Source of the DNA: a virus
Lineage: Duplodnaviria; Caudoviricetes
Virus record (IMG/VR): IMGVR_UViG_3300035498_000621
Coordinates: 97,413-161,412 of that record
DNA length: 64,000 nt
Strand: one strand, 5' to 3'
How positions within the stretch are numbered: position 1 is the first letter of the stretch; every line of letters starts with the position of its first letter. The notes below the pieces were generated by a model, which did not search any database, was not told the origin of the DNA, and saw only the letters and a list, made by a program, of their open reading frames with translations. Shown here piece by piece: positions 40,718-51,546 of this stretch. Both the position numbers and the translations under genes were made by a program.

Positions 40718-42900
40718 TATTTTTATATTTGTCTTACTTTATCATTGTAAGGATTATTATCATATAACTGCATTCTTTCTATTTCTGTTCTAATTTTATC
40801 CTATTGAGCAGTAGCTTCTTTATAATCACGTTCAGTCTAAGCTTTAAACCAATTAACTTTATTCTCCATTTGAAGTTTTTGTTGTTCTAATTTAATTTTA
40901 GACTCATTGAGTGATTCAATTTTTTTCTATGCTTTTTGTAATTCTTCTGATACTTGTTTTAATTGCTATTCTAATTCTTGTGCTTTCTAAACAGCTTGTG
41001 ATAATTGATTCTATTCTTCTTTTTGCTGTTTCATTGCAAGTTTAACTTTACGTTTAAGATCAGGAAGACTTTTACTTGTTAAAGCTTCTAAAATAATATC
41101 AGGAGGAAGACCACCAGATTTAACAAATTCTGGAATAATAGATTTAACTGTTTCAATATCTTTAATAACTTCACTACTAGTTATAATTCTAATGTCATGA
41201 TCAGTTAAAGTAAAATATTCTGGTAATGCAGTAAATATTTTCTAATATTTATCACCTAATACTATAACTCCTGTTAAACCCTTTTTCCAAACAACTTTAG
41301 CTAAATTAAGACAATCCAAAAGTATTTCATTTACAATCAAATCCATTTGATGATAATATTGTTTAGTTATAATAAAAGAGTTATTTTGTCCAATTTTAAC
41401 ATTAGTTACAGCATCTTTAGCTTCAATTCCATTAAGTCTTTCTCTAAATACTCCAGTAATTGAAGAAGTAGTTTGTTCAATTGAATCAATAGCTAACTAA
41501 ATTGCTTGAATAGCTTGCGCTTTAACAGTATCATCATATCCATTAAAAATAGTATTTAAAGGAGCAGATCCAGATGATACTCTTCCTTCTTCTGATGAAT
41601 TAAGTAATCCAATACCTTGTTTTTTTAATGCAATCCATCTAGATAATCTTTCTGGCATAGACACACCAAGATGCGAAGGAATTAAAGTTTCATCAATCCA
41701 ATCTCCGACTGTTCCGCTATTGGCAATTAAATTATCTCTATAAAAGCACAAAAGATCGTAGCGATCTTGCAAGTGGGTACAAGCTAACACTAAAGAATAT
41801 GGTTCAGAATTTCTATTTAAAAAGTAAACTCCATTTATGGATAATGTACAATAGCTAGGATTAGATTTACTTCTTATTACTTTTTCATTTTTACCTTTTA
41901 AAATATAAATTTCTTCACCAATGCGAATGGTTTCATATCGTTGCATTACAAAATCATCATCAACTTCTAACCATTCAGTTTCATAAACTGGAATTAATTC
42001 TTGTTCTCCAGTTTGATTCTAAGGATATCCAGGAGTTACTTCAACTCCAGCCATAATTCCATCAGTTGCTGGCTAACCTTTAGAATTAGTTCTCATTCTA
42101 ACATAATACATAGAATTGTCATAAATAGATTGCCATTTTTCTTCTAAGATTTTTCTATCTTCTTTTGACATTTCTTTTCCATACTTATTAAGTATTTCTA
42201 TTTTAGACATCCATGTGCGAACTACAGCTCTATAAGAATTCTTTACATATGGAGATTCAATATTTCTATCTATAAAAGTATTTAAAGGATTTGATACTCT
42301 AATTTTTATATTATTTCCTTCAACAGTTGGTTCTACTTTATAAAAAGCATATCCTGTTATAAGTAAATCTAATATAAGACTTCGTAAAGAAGTAATTAAA
42401 TCTGTATCTCTAGATTGCATAATATAATCTACAACATTCTATGCTGCAATTTCATATTCAGAAGTAAAATTAGAATTAATATCCTCTATAATTTTATTTA
42501 ACTATTCTTCAATAAGAGGGTCTTTTGTATCTTTTCCATCAATAAAACTAAGAATAGAATTTTGCAAAGATTTATTTAAATAACTATGCATTTCTGATGC
42601 AATTTTTAACTACTATTCTCGATATATATTATTAATAGTATCGCTATCTTTACATGAAATTTTTGGAATAATAGGCATACTTAAATACTCCCCTACTAAG
42701 GCATCTACATGCTTTCTAACTAGAGGAGTAAAATTAATAGCTGTTGGCGTACTTGTTCCAAAAGCTTCTTCTAAATATTTGAATTGGTCTTTATCTCTTA
42801 TTCCATTATAGTAATTATATGCTTTCTATAATTTATATTTTGGATATACCAATTCAGATATTGCCTTGTCTGTTTTTTCAATTAATTCATCATTTGTCAT
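40717..42900 (-). CDS. portal protein (727 aa)
   Basis: KAYNYYNG.RD; FTPLVRKHVDALVGE; DLLITG.AFY; SITGVFRERL.GIE..DAVTNV; follows the terminase. Confidence 0.88.
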
Positions 42901-43195
42901 GACAATTACATGATTTATTTATTGGATAGCACAAATCAGGTTCTCTTTTATTTAACTACCCATACCATTGTAGATGATATTTTTTATTTCTTATTTCTTC
43001 TCTAAGATATTTAATAAATTTATCATCATTTAATTCTGCATAAATAACTGTAGGAACGTAATATCCTTGAGGATATAAAGTTACACTATATCCTTCTGGA
43101 TCTAATTTCTAGACTTCAATTCTACCAATATATTCTTTTTTATAAAAATCCTTGATAAATTCTAGTGTCGCTTGTTCTATATCCTGTATTGACAT
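42890..43195 (-). CDS. hypothetical protein (101 aa)
   Basis: Open under code 15; overlaps both terminase and portal ends. Confidence 0.65.
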
Positions 43196-45449
43196 ACTGT
43201 CCAAAATCGTTATTATAGTTTATTGTAATCTCATCTCTTTTAGGAATAACTCCCCATCTTGTGTTGCCATATTCATCTTTATAATAACCAATATCTTGCC
43301 AAGTATTATTTTGTACTTCTACTTGTTTTGGTATTACTCCAGTTAATTCTTCATCTGCTAATTCTGCCATAGCGACAGCAGCTACAATATCAAATTTTCT
43401 TTTATTTTCATCAGTGTATCTACTGAATTCATCTAACATTTCATCAAACCATAATGTATGAGAATAATCATTAATAAAATCAGCAATTAAATCAGTTTGA
43501 TGAGCAATAATTTGAGAAGTAGCAGGAGTTCCATATTGTTTATTTGTATTTTTTATAGAATCTCCTAGAGTTGCTCTAGGTCGTTTCATAAAATACTTCA
43601 TAAACTTTTTTTCTCTAGCCCAAGGTATAATACTTTGTCTAGTTGCTTCTATATTTATTGAAGCATTATAATATTGAGCTAATTTAATAGCTATTTTATA
43701 TGCTTCTCGTATATCATTAGGACGGTCTTTATATATTGCTACATACTAAGGTTCTTCAAGACCATATACTCTTTTTTTAACCACTAAACAAAAATCAGAT
43801 GGATTTTTTGTATTATCTGATGTTTGTCCAGAACCAATATCAATACCGTCGATACCTATTACATATAAATTTTTAATTTTTTCTTGAGGAGGCGCCCATA
43901 TTATATTTCCATTTTCATCTTTCTTTACTGGAAGATTCCATAATGGATGTTCTAATATTTTAATCGGACCATTAGCATTAGGAATCCATTTGAAACCATT
44001 TATATTTTCTTCAGCATGTTTTCCATCTTTAAATGCATATTCTAAAAATCCTTTTTCTATTGGAGGGCATTGTTTTAATGCTCTAATTTTAGTAAGCTAT
44101 TCCATAATTAGAACTTTATTAAATTTATTATCACCTTCCAAAGAAAATGCTTCTTCTGCGTTATAACAGAATTCTGCACAATACTAAACTAATTCTTGAG
44201 GATCTTCTGCTTTTAAAGCACGAGTAGCATCAAAATATTTTCTGCCTTCTTCTTCAGAAATATATCCTCTATGATCTAATAATTTAGTATCTTTAATTGT
44301 TTTAAAAGCGGGAAGAAAGAAAGCACTAATAGTTTCATCTCCTGTAGCTGTATATTTATGTTTAAATGGTAATACTCCAAAGATATGAGGTTTATAATAT
44401 ACTTTTCTAAGTCCTTCCATCTAAGGGCCTTCTTCACCACCAGTACCACCTAATAATCGAATTCCCCATTGTCTTCCAATTTGTCCAACAAGGGCATCTG
44501 CTTGTGTATAAGCTTTAGTAAAGCCAGGCCATAATCCTACCTCTTCAAACATTAATACATCAGTACGATCACCTCTAAGTTTACCAGGTTTATCAACTAC
44601 AATTCCTTGTATTTGTGATAACCAACCTACTGGTGTTTTAGCACCATTAATCATTTGATATTGTCCAGAACGTTTTAGTATAGCACTATCAATTATACGA
44701 CCATGCCTAAATCCTGGAGCATATCTATCTAAAAATGCTATATTAGCAAATACTTTTTCAAGAAGTTTATCAAGCTAAACCTATGCAAATGAACAAGCTA
44801 CGTTAACTGATCCTCTAATAACAGTATAACTATTAGAAATAATAGCAGCTTCAATTTCTGAGTATCCAGCTTCTCTAGCTTTCATCATACAAGCGTTCAT
44901 TTTTAATTTTTTAGCCATTTTTAAATAATGAAACCACTCATACTATCCTTCTAGAAAATTAGGAAATATATTTTCACGACCAGCTCCTGCTTCTTCTAGA
45001 CTGAACAAATCTTTTAATTGATAAAAGTTTAAAAAGAAATAATGGTCTCCAGTAATAGTATATCCATTTACTGTTAAACCATATTTACATCTTTTATATT
45101 GTTCTTTCCAAAAATCAGAATAAGCTTTAGAACCTTTTCTAAATTGACAATATTGTCCAGTTCTTTTAAAAGCATCTCTAGTTTCAGTAAACCAAGAAGG
45201 ATCAAAATCTAAACTTTTTGTATCATTTATAGGTTTATATCCTGTAATTTCATAAGATAAATCTTTATCAAAATATTCAATTTTCTATCCTATTGGAACA
45301 TCCCACTCAGAAATATTTTTTATTAAAGGTTCTTCATTTTCAATTATTTCTATTTGCTTAGATTCAACCTCTTCTATTAACTAAGTTATTTCTTCTGGAA
45401 GAGGATTTTTTCGAGGACGACCTCGTTTTTTCTTTTTAACTTCTTCCAT
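43140..45449 (-). CDS. terL: terminase large subunit (769 aa)
   Basis: ITGDHYFFLNF; Walker A KAREAGYSE; Walker B RGDRTDVLMFEEVG; GGTGG; nuclease YVIGIDGID and KFDIVAA; three ORF fragments in one frame. Confidence 0.92.
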
Positions 45450-45451
45450 AA

Positions 45452-46042
45452 TTAAAATTCTCCAGGATCAAAGTCTTCTTCAACATTACCACGATAAGAT
45501 GTTTTAGCTTCTAATTGTTTCTTTACCATACTTTCTAGTGTGACTAATTCATCATGCACTTTAGATAAAGAAGATATTTCAGCCATAAGATCTTTAACTT
45601 TAAAAATAGGTTTACCAGTTAAAGGATCACGCTCCTCTGGGTCAACATTATTGAAGTAATCTATAAATTTATCTACAGTATTTTGAGCAGCTTTTAATAG
45701 TTTAATAGACCTATTTGATTCCTATAGGTTTCTATATTTTCTACAAGCTGCTCTAAATTCTGGGTTATTAAATTCTTCTTCAGTAAGTCCTGAATCAGAT
45801 AATGCTTCTCTATGACGCTCTTGTTCAGTAAAATCCGAGTATGGACTTTTCCAATCTAAAGCAAGCCATATATAAGTAAATTCTCTAAAAGCTCTTAATC
45901 CATAAACGCCTTTAGGATCTTCTTTACATATATTCCTTTCACATTTCATCAATTCAGAAAATTCTTTTATAAGAAGAATTTCTGCTACATTTAGTTCAAC
46001 CCTATTTCTTACATTATCATATTGGAATATATTTTGAATCAT
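45452..46042 (-). CDS. conserved protein upstream of terL, possible terminase small subunit (196 aa)
   Basis: AFREFTYIW...DWKSPY...FRAACRKY...GKPIFKVKD; function inferred from position. Confidence 0.55.
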
Positions 46043-46058
46043 TTATTAAAATTTAAAA

Positions 46059-46877
46059 TTATTTTTTCTTTGGTAATTCCCATAGCATATTACGATTATT
46101 TATCTATCTAAGACTATCAATATTTTGATTTTTTATATATGTATTATATAAATTTTCATATTCTTCTTGAGTCATAGGATTAGAAAACTCATAATCATCA
46201 TAACCACTTTTTTGTTTATAATATCCTGATATAGGAAGCGACTACCAATATTTAACAAATTCTTCTGTTGGAACATCTGCATTACCAATATATTTATTTA
46301 AATCTTTATTATTAAATAATTCGTCATTAGCAAAATAACTAAAATTACTCTATCCGTTTCCAGAGAATAATGGCCTTTCAGATGTATATTCATATATTTG
46401 TCCATTACCAAAATCTAATACATCTGAAAAAGTTGGTGTATTAATATCATTATCTCTAGTACCAATTGGATATGTAACTTTATAACGAGTTACTTTATTG
46501 TTTAGTGTAAGTGGTCCTGCTGGATTTTTATCTTTAATTATTTTTTTTTTGATAATATTTAAATTATTAATACTTTTATTATTAAGTTCTAATGACCGTA
46601 TTAAATCAGTAACATCTCTAGTTTGTTGCAGTATAGATTCTATATTTATATTAGATGTATTATTAAGATTTATTTTATTTTTTTTAATTTCATCTAATTG
46701 CGCATTATTATATTCATTAGTTTCATTACGATAATTATTTAATCGTTTTGCTATTTCATAAGAATTTGTACTATCTAATAAATGACTAGGATATTCATGA
46801 TTAATAACATCAGAAGTATTTAAACCATCTTGTCCTTTATTGATTAATTCTTTTTTTTTTTTGAAATGGATAACCAT
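46059..46877 (-). CDS. Asn-rich hypothetical protein; possibly the frameshifted C-terminus of 46837-47265
   Basis: Open under code 15 to TAA at 46059; begins within an A12 tract. Confidence 0.55.
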
Positions 46878-47265
46878 TTTCGGCTTTTCTCATTTTACGA
46901 CCACATTTAAATGCATCAACGACATTAGTAGGAGCTTCTCCACCACCTTGCATTTTTTGTTTTTTCATGCATTTTTTACATAGTCTGCCACCAACTTTAA
47001 AGTATTTAGGTTCTTGACCTTCTGGGCAAAGACCTTTAAGATTACGAATATAATTTAGTTTAGCACCAAATCTAGCAGCTTGCACTTGCTGTTGTTGCAT
47101 TTGTTGAGCAACAGCTTGAATCATTTGAGCTAACTATGCTGCTTGTTGGTCTCCTTGCTAAGCAGCTTGCATAATTTGCTAAATTTGTTGAGTAGCCTGT
47201 TGATCGCCTTGCATAGCTGCTTGTACTAATTGAATAATTTGTTGTTGTAATTGTTGTTCGTCCAT
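46837..47265 (-). CDS. Gln-rich protein with QAAxQGDQQA repeats and a Cys-containing basic C-terminus (142 aa)
   Basis: MDEQQLQQQIIQLVQAAMQGDQQA...; 3 TAGs lie in poly-Gln context. Confidence 0.8.
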
Positions 47266-47266
47266 A

Positions 47267-47503
47267 TTATTTATCAATTAAAATAAGATCCTTTGTTGAA
47301 AAAATAGCTTCTTGTAAAGCTCCTTCTGTAGTAAACCATCTACATTTAATTCCAATAAGAACTGATTTTTTATCATTTCTTTTAGAATCATGCTTAAATA
47401 TCGAAGTTTCTTTACGTACAACTATCATAACAGGTTTATTAGGTATATCCTACCTAAGTTGTACTAAATCTCCCGGATTAAAATAAGTATTATTGTCTTC
47501 CAT
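47267..47503 (-). CDS. small YodC/DUF2158-like protein (78 aa)
   Basis: F.PGDLVQL....P.M.V....C.WF..G.LQEA.F...DL. Confidence 0.65.
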
Positions 47504-48092
47504 TTTCTTTTATATTATTAAAACGTTGTTCAAGTTCTTCATTAATTACTGCAATAACCTAAGTTTCAGCAATGCACATAAGTCCTTGCTTGTAAAATGG
47601 AACAGGCATAGCAGTTTCTTTTCTATACATAATTACATCACCTGGAACAATATATTTAACTTCTGGGCCGACTTCCTAAACAGCACCAGTAATAATCATT
47701 TGTTCCATTTGTTCAATTTTCCCGTTATCCATATTTTTAAATTCTGGAGCCATACCACCTGTATCAATAATAAGACCAGATTCATTATAACGGATTCGCT
47801 GAAAAGGATTTTGTTTAAAAGGCTTAATTAGAATACGATTAAACATAGGTTTAATTTCAATTAAATCCATGTTAGCTCCCAAACTTTCAGAAGCTTCTTG
47901 CAAATCATTTACATGTTTTTCTAGTTTATCAGCATACTCATCTACTTGAGCATTAAATTTTCTAGCTCGTTCTTTTTCAAACATATCTTCAATTTTATTT
48001 TCACTCATATTCATCATAGTTCCTTCAAAACCAACCATATTTTGTGCGAGTTTTTCCTCTTCAGTCAATAACATTCTTTGATTATTCGCCAT
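47490..48092 (-). CDS. GroES/Cpn10-like co-chaperonin with N-terminal helical extension (200 aa)
   Basis: IKPMFNRILIK...ESGLII...G.V.EVGP....PGD.I.Y...IAE.QVIAVI. Confidence 0.75.
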
Positions 48093-48122
48093 AATTCATT
48101 TACATTTTAATTTTTTTTAATT

Positions 48123-48389
48123 TTACCATTTTCCTAAAGGACATGCTGCATTAATTAGTGATGTTTTCGCATTCAATCTACATCCACATCCTCGTCTATA
48201 CCCTTTTTTAGCGGTTGTGCTAATATCTCCAGTTTCTACATTTAACCATAATCTATTATTACACATTCCTCCTAGTTTAGAAGAATATAAAGGACATTGA
48301 TGACAGATTCTTAATCTCCCAACACTAATATCCTTATTTAATCCTAATATTTCATTAAGATGTCCTTGAACAATATTGCCTATTTCCAT
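48123..48389 (-). CDS. small Cys-rich putative Zn-binding protein
   Basis: RL.IC..CP...C...GCGCRL.AKT.....CPLGKW. Confidence 0.8.
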   Translation of the reverse strand: MEIGNIVQGHLNEILGLNKDISVGRLRICHQCPLYSSKLGGMCNNRLWLNVETGDISTTAKKGYRRGCGCRLNAKTSLINAACPLGKW

Positions 48390-48480
48390 ATAAATCTATA
48401 TTTATAAAAATAAAAGAATAGAATTTACAAGATGAGTGGTGACATAAACCATAAAGGTTTGAAAATGTCCTGTAAAATAA

Positions 48481-49383
48481 TTAATATTCTATTCTTTTTC
48501 TTTCTGCTTTACGTTTTTCTGATATTAATTCTTTTTTATAAAAACATAACATTCTTTCTACTTCATCTTTTAAATAATCACAATGATATAATGTATTATT
48601 GCCATTATGATCATAATGATTAAGAATTAAATCCTTAATTACAAAATTAGGATTAATCTTTTGTAACATCCAAGCATATGTAGAAAGTTGCATAGCATAA
48701 TGCCAATAATTACAATCATCTAATGTATTTAAAGGATACTTCATTTTAGAAGTAGATCTTGTGGAAGTATTAAATCCAGATTTTTGATCAATTTTCTTGT
48801 TCGATTTATGGTCAACTAAAACAATATCATTACCAGACTTAATGATTAAATCAATTTGTCCAGCGATTCGTAAAATACCATCTTCTGATTCTCTATATAT
48901 AAGATATTCTGGATATACTCCATATTCTAAATCTAATTCAGGGTATCCTTTTTTACATTCAAATTTACCACCAATTCCAAATTTTTGTAATGAAATATTA
49001 GTAGATTTCTTATAAAAAGAATTTTCTATTTCTTCATGTATCTTAGTACCTCTTTCACAAGATTTTCTATTTTCTTCATCCCAATCATCTAGAATAGCTT
49101 GCTGAACTTTATTGAAATCATTTTCAGATATATCATAATTGTTCAAAATAGATCTATCAAATTTTTTAGTATTTAATAGACTTTTCTTTTCTATAGTCCA
49201 ACTATCCTTAGGAAGTAATTTCTCTAAAGCTTTATAAGCACTCCAGAATTCTTTGTCAAAAGGTTGGGTAAATCTGTGAATTAAAGTTGTAACAGAGATA
49301 TATTTCTCATTGTCATTAATATTCCAATAACAATGGTTATCATTATTGAAACATACATTACCATTTTGTTTATCAATTTGCAT
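48481..49383 (-). CDS. PD-(D/E)XK (RecB/Cas4-like) nuclease
   Basis: SVTTLI, RGTKIHE, AGQIDL, VDHKSN, QLSTYA motifs. Confidence 0.88.
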   Translation of the reverse strand: MQIDKQNGNVCFNNDNHCYWNINDNEKYISVTTLIHRFTQPFDKEFWSAYKALEKLLPKDSWTIEKKSLLNTKKFDRSILNNYDISENDFNKVQQAILDDWDEENRKSCERGTKIHEEIENSFYKKSTNISLQKFGIGGKFECKKGYPELDLEYGVYPEYLIYRESEDGILRIAGQIDLIIKSGNDIVLVDHKSNKKIDQKSGFNTSTRSTSKMKYPLNTLDDCNYWHYAMQLSTYAWMLQKINPNFVIKDLILNHYDHNGNNTLYHCDYLKDEVERMLCFYKKELISEKRKAERKRIEY

Positions 49384-49424
49384 ATTTACACTATTTATAT
49401 ATGTTACGTTTCTTATTCAAAGTT

Positions 49425-49655
49425 TTAAGAACGATCAGAATTCTTATCAACGTTTTTCATCTTAAACTTGTAGGTATAATCTATTCCAAATAACGCCCCT
49501 CCAAAAGTACATGATTCTCCAAAGGCAGTAAGAACGCTTCCGTGAATTATACCTAATGGACTCACAATGAATCCGGCTATTAAAAGACCACATCCAACTA
49601 CTATTAAGAAAAGGGCCGATGCCAATTGTAAATTTAGTTTTGTATTTGTAGTCAT
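49425..49655 (-). CDS. two-TM membrane protein, putative holin
   Basis: Two hydrophobic helices, PLGIIHGSVL.AFGE...F.GALFGIDY, basic tail. Confidence 0.55.
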   Translation of the reverse strand: MTTNTKLNLQLASALFLIVVGCGLLIAGFIVSPLGIIHGSVLTAFGESCTFGGALFGIDYTYKFKMKNVDKNSDRS

Positions 49656-49748
49656 TGATTAAATAATTAACGTGTGCCTGTAATTTTATTACCTATTACG
49701 ATTATATTACTATGTTGACCTTAGGGACTATATCTATGATATATCTGT

Positions 49749-49789
49749 TATGATATTACAAATATAATTATTAAATTTGAATGTTCAAA
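49749..49789. promoter_or_regulatory. overlapping divergent Bacteroidota sigma promoters
   Basis: Minus: TTTG(49789-86)-N19-TATATTTG(49766-59), exact. Plus: TATG(49749-52)-N19-TAAATTTG(49772-79), one mismatch at -33. Confidence 0.65.
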
Positions 49790-49812
49790 ACAAAAATATA
49801 TTTTAACATTAC

Positions 49813-50175
49813 ATGAATAAACATAATTTCAATTTAAGTGACTTTTCCAATATAGTTAATTAGCGTTCGGAAAAGAAAATTTAGCTTATTCCAAAATTTA
49901 CTTTAAATTTTAATGAAACACAGCCTATTTATAAAAAAGGTGGAGAAATTAAAATTAAAAAGAAAAATATTGGATCTTTTACTAAATATTGTGGAGGAAA
50001 TGTAACTTCAGAATGTATTAGAAGAGGTAAAAATAGCCCAGATCCTAAAATAAGAAAAAAAGCTACTTTTGCAGCTAATGTTAGAACATGGAAACATAAG
50101 AACGGAGGAGTTTTTAAAAATTATAATATAGATAAACTTAATTATCTAATTAATAGTTTGAAAAATTATGTATGA
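49813..50175 (+). CDS. small basic conserved crAss protein (120 aa)
   Basis: YKKGGEIKIKKKN.G.FTKYCGG.VTSECI..GKNSPDP.IRK.ATFAAN.R.WKHKNGG; missing from the ORF track. Confidence 0.8.
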
Positions 50176-51322
50176 TAATTTTTTTACAATTTACGAAGCA
50201 ACAGAACCGCCTCCAATAAAAAGAAGAACTGATTCTAAAGATAAAAATGATTCTGAAGAAAAATTAATAAATGATTTAATTGATTATTCAATATTATCAA
50301 CTTCAGATGATTTAGATAAAAATGATTTAGATGAACCAAATATTTTTTCTGATTCCGATGATTAGAATTTATTTACATTTCAAACAGATGAATTACCAGA
50401 AATAACTCAATAGCCAAATAATTCTTTAGCTAATAGAGTTGTAAATTTAGCTAGAAGTTTTGTTGGTGGAAAATATATATATGGAGGTAGTTCTCCTAAA
50501 CAAGGATTTGATTGTTCTGGTTTAATAAGTTGGGCGTATAAATAGAATAATATAAATTTAGGAAGATCTACATATGAAATATTTAAAGCTGGAAAAGAAG
50601 TAAAATTGTCTGATGCAAAAATTGGAGATATTATATGTACTCCTGGTTCTGGAAAAAGCGGAAGACATGTTAAAATGATTAGTAAAATTGATGATGAAGG
50701 AATTCATGTTATTGAAGCAAGAGGAAAAGATGATGGTATTGTAGAAGACTTATTAACAAATACAAGTAATATTATAACTATTAGAAGAATTATTGATGAT
50801 AATTAGTAGGTAGCTCCTACTAAAATAAATGGTAAATTTTCTAATAAATAGAGTTTTATTTAGTCATTAACTTCTTCTTATAGACGAGCTTTATTAAATA
50901 ATGACATGGATCCTGATTGGGCACCAATGTTAGTAACATCAGCTTCTATTGAATCCGATTGGGGTGCTAGTCCTAGTGGTTCATATAATTATGGCGGAGT
51001 AAAAGTAACAGATGCTCAAATTAAAAATGGAGTATCATATACAACAAGAAGCACAGTAGATTATATTCCAGGACAAGGAAATAAACGTAGAGATTAGCCA
51101 TTTAGAAATTTTAAATCAGTTGATGATTATTGTAATTATATGGTTAAATGGTTAAAATCTAGTGGAAGATATGGAAATATTTTTAATAAATATTCTGCAA
51201 ATTAGCCTATGCAAGCATGGGAAAATATATTAAGAGCAGGATATGGTGGCGGAAGTGATTCAAACATAAAAAAATATATGGAATGGATGAAATCTCGTTA
51301 CAATTCAATAAAGCAAGCATGA
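50168..51322 (+). CDS. NlpC/P60 peptidase fused to GH73 glucosaminidase-like domain (384 aa)
   Basis: Y.YGG..P..GFDCSGL..WAY...GDII...HV; then IESDWG....YNYGGVK...FRNF.SVDDY...AGY. Confidence 0.85.
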
Positions 51323-51546
51323 GTTGGTTAAAAGAAAGTAATAGGCAAAAACATTTATTGTGCGCAATTCCTATTGGTTTAATATTTACAATTTTAGCAG
51401 TATTAGGGTGTGCATTTGGTATGGAATTCAAAGATACACAATACGGCAATGAATTCGATTGGTTAGATATTGCAGCAACTATGATAGGAGGATTAATAGG
51501 TCAAATTTTATAGATAATTATAATATTATTAATTATATGGCTGTAA
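51319..51546 (+). CDS. small membrane protein (75 aa)
   Basis: MSWLKESNR.KH...MEFKD...FDWLD.AAT.IGG; ATGA overlap. Confidence 0.75.

Noticed and set aside
43140-45449. Introns or inteins in terL, portal or capsid genes, which are common in crAss-like phages
   Set aside because: Lengths are ordinary and frames continuous under code 15; no splice or intein motifs seen
4685-49015. Plus-strand ORF-track entries in the minus-strand module (e.g. 4685, 5138, 15280, 16566, 18694, 19782, 35201, 39935, 43152, 47493, 48797) and alternate-frame minus ORFs (1757, 6316, 14881, 15747, 17429, 19760, 22428)
   Set aside because: Shadow frames overlapping well-supported genes, with no protein-like motifs
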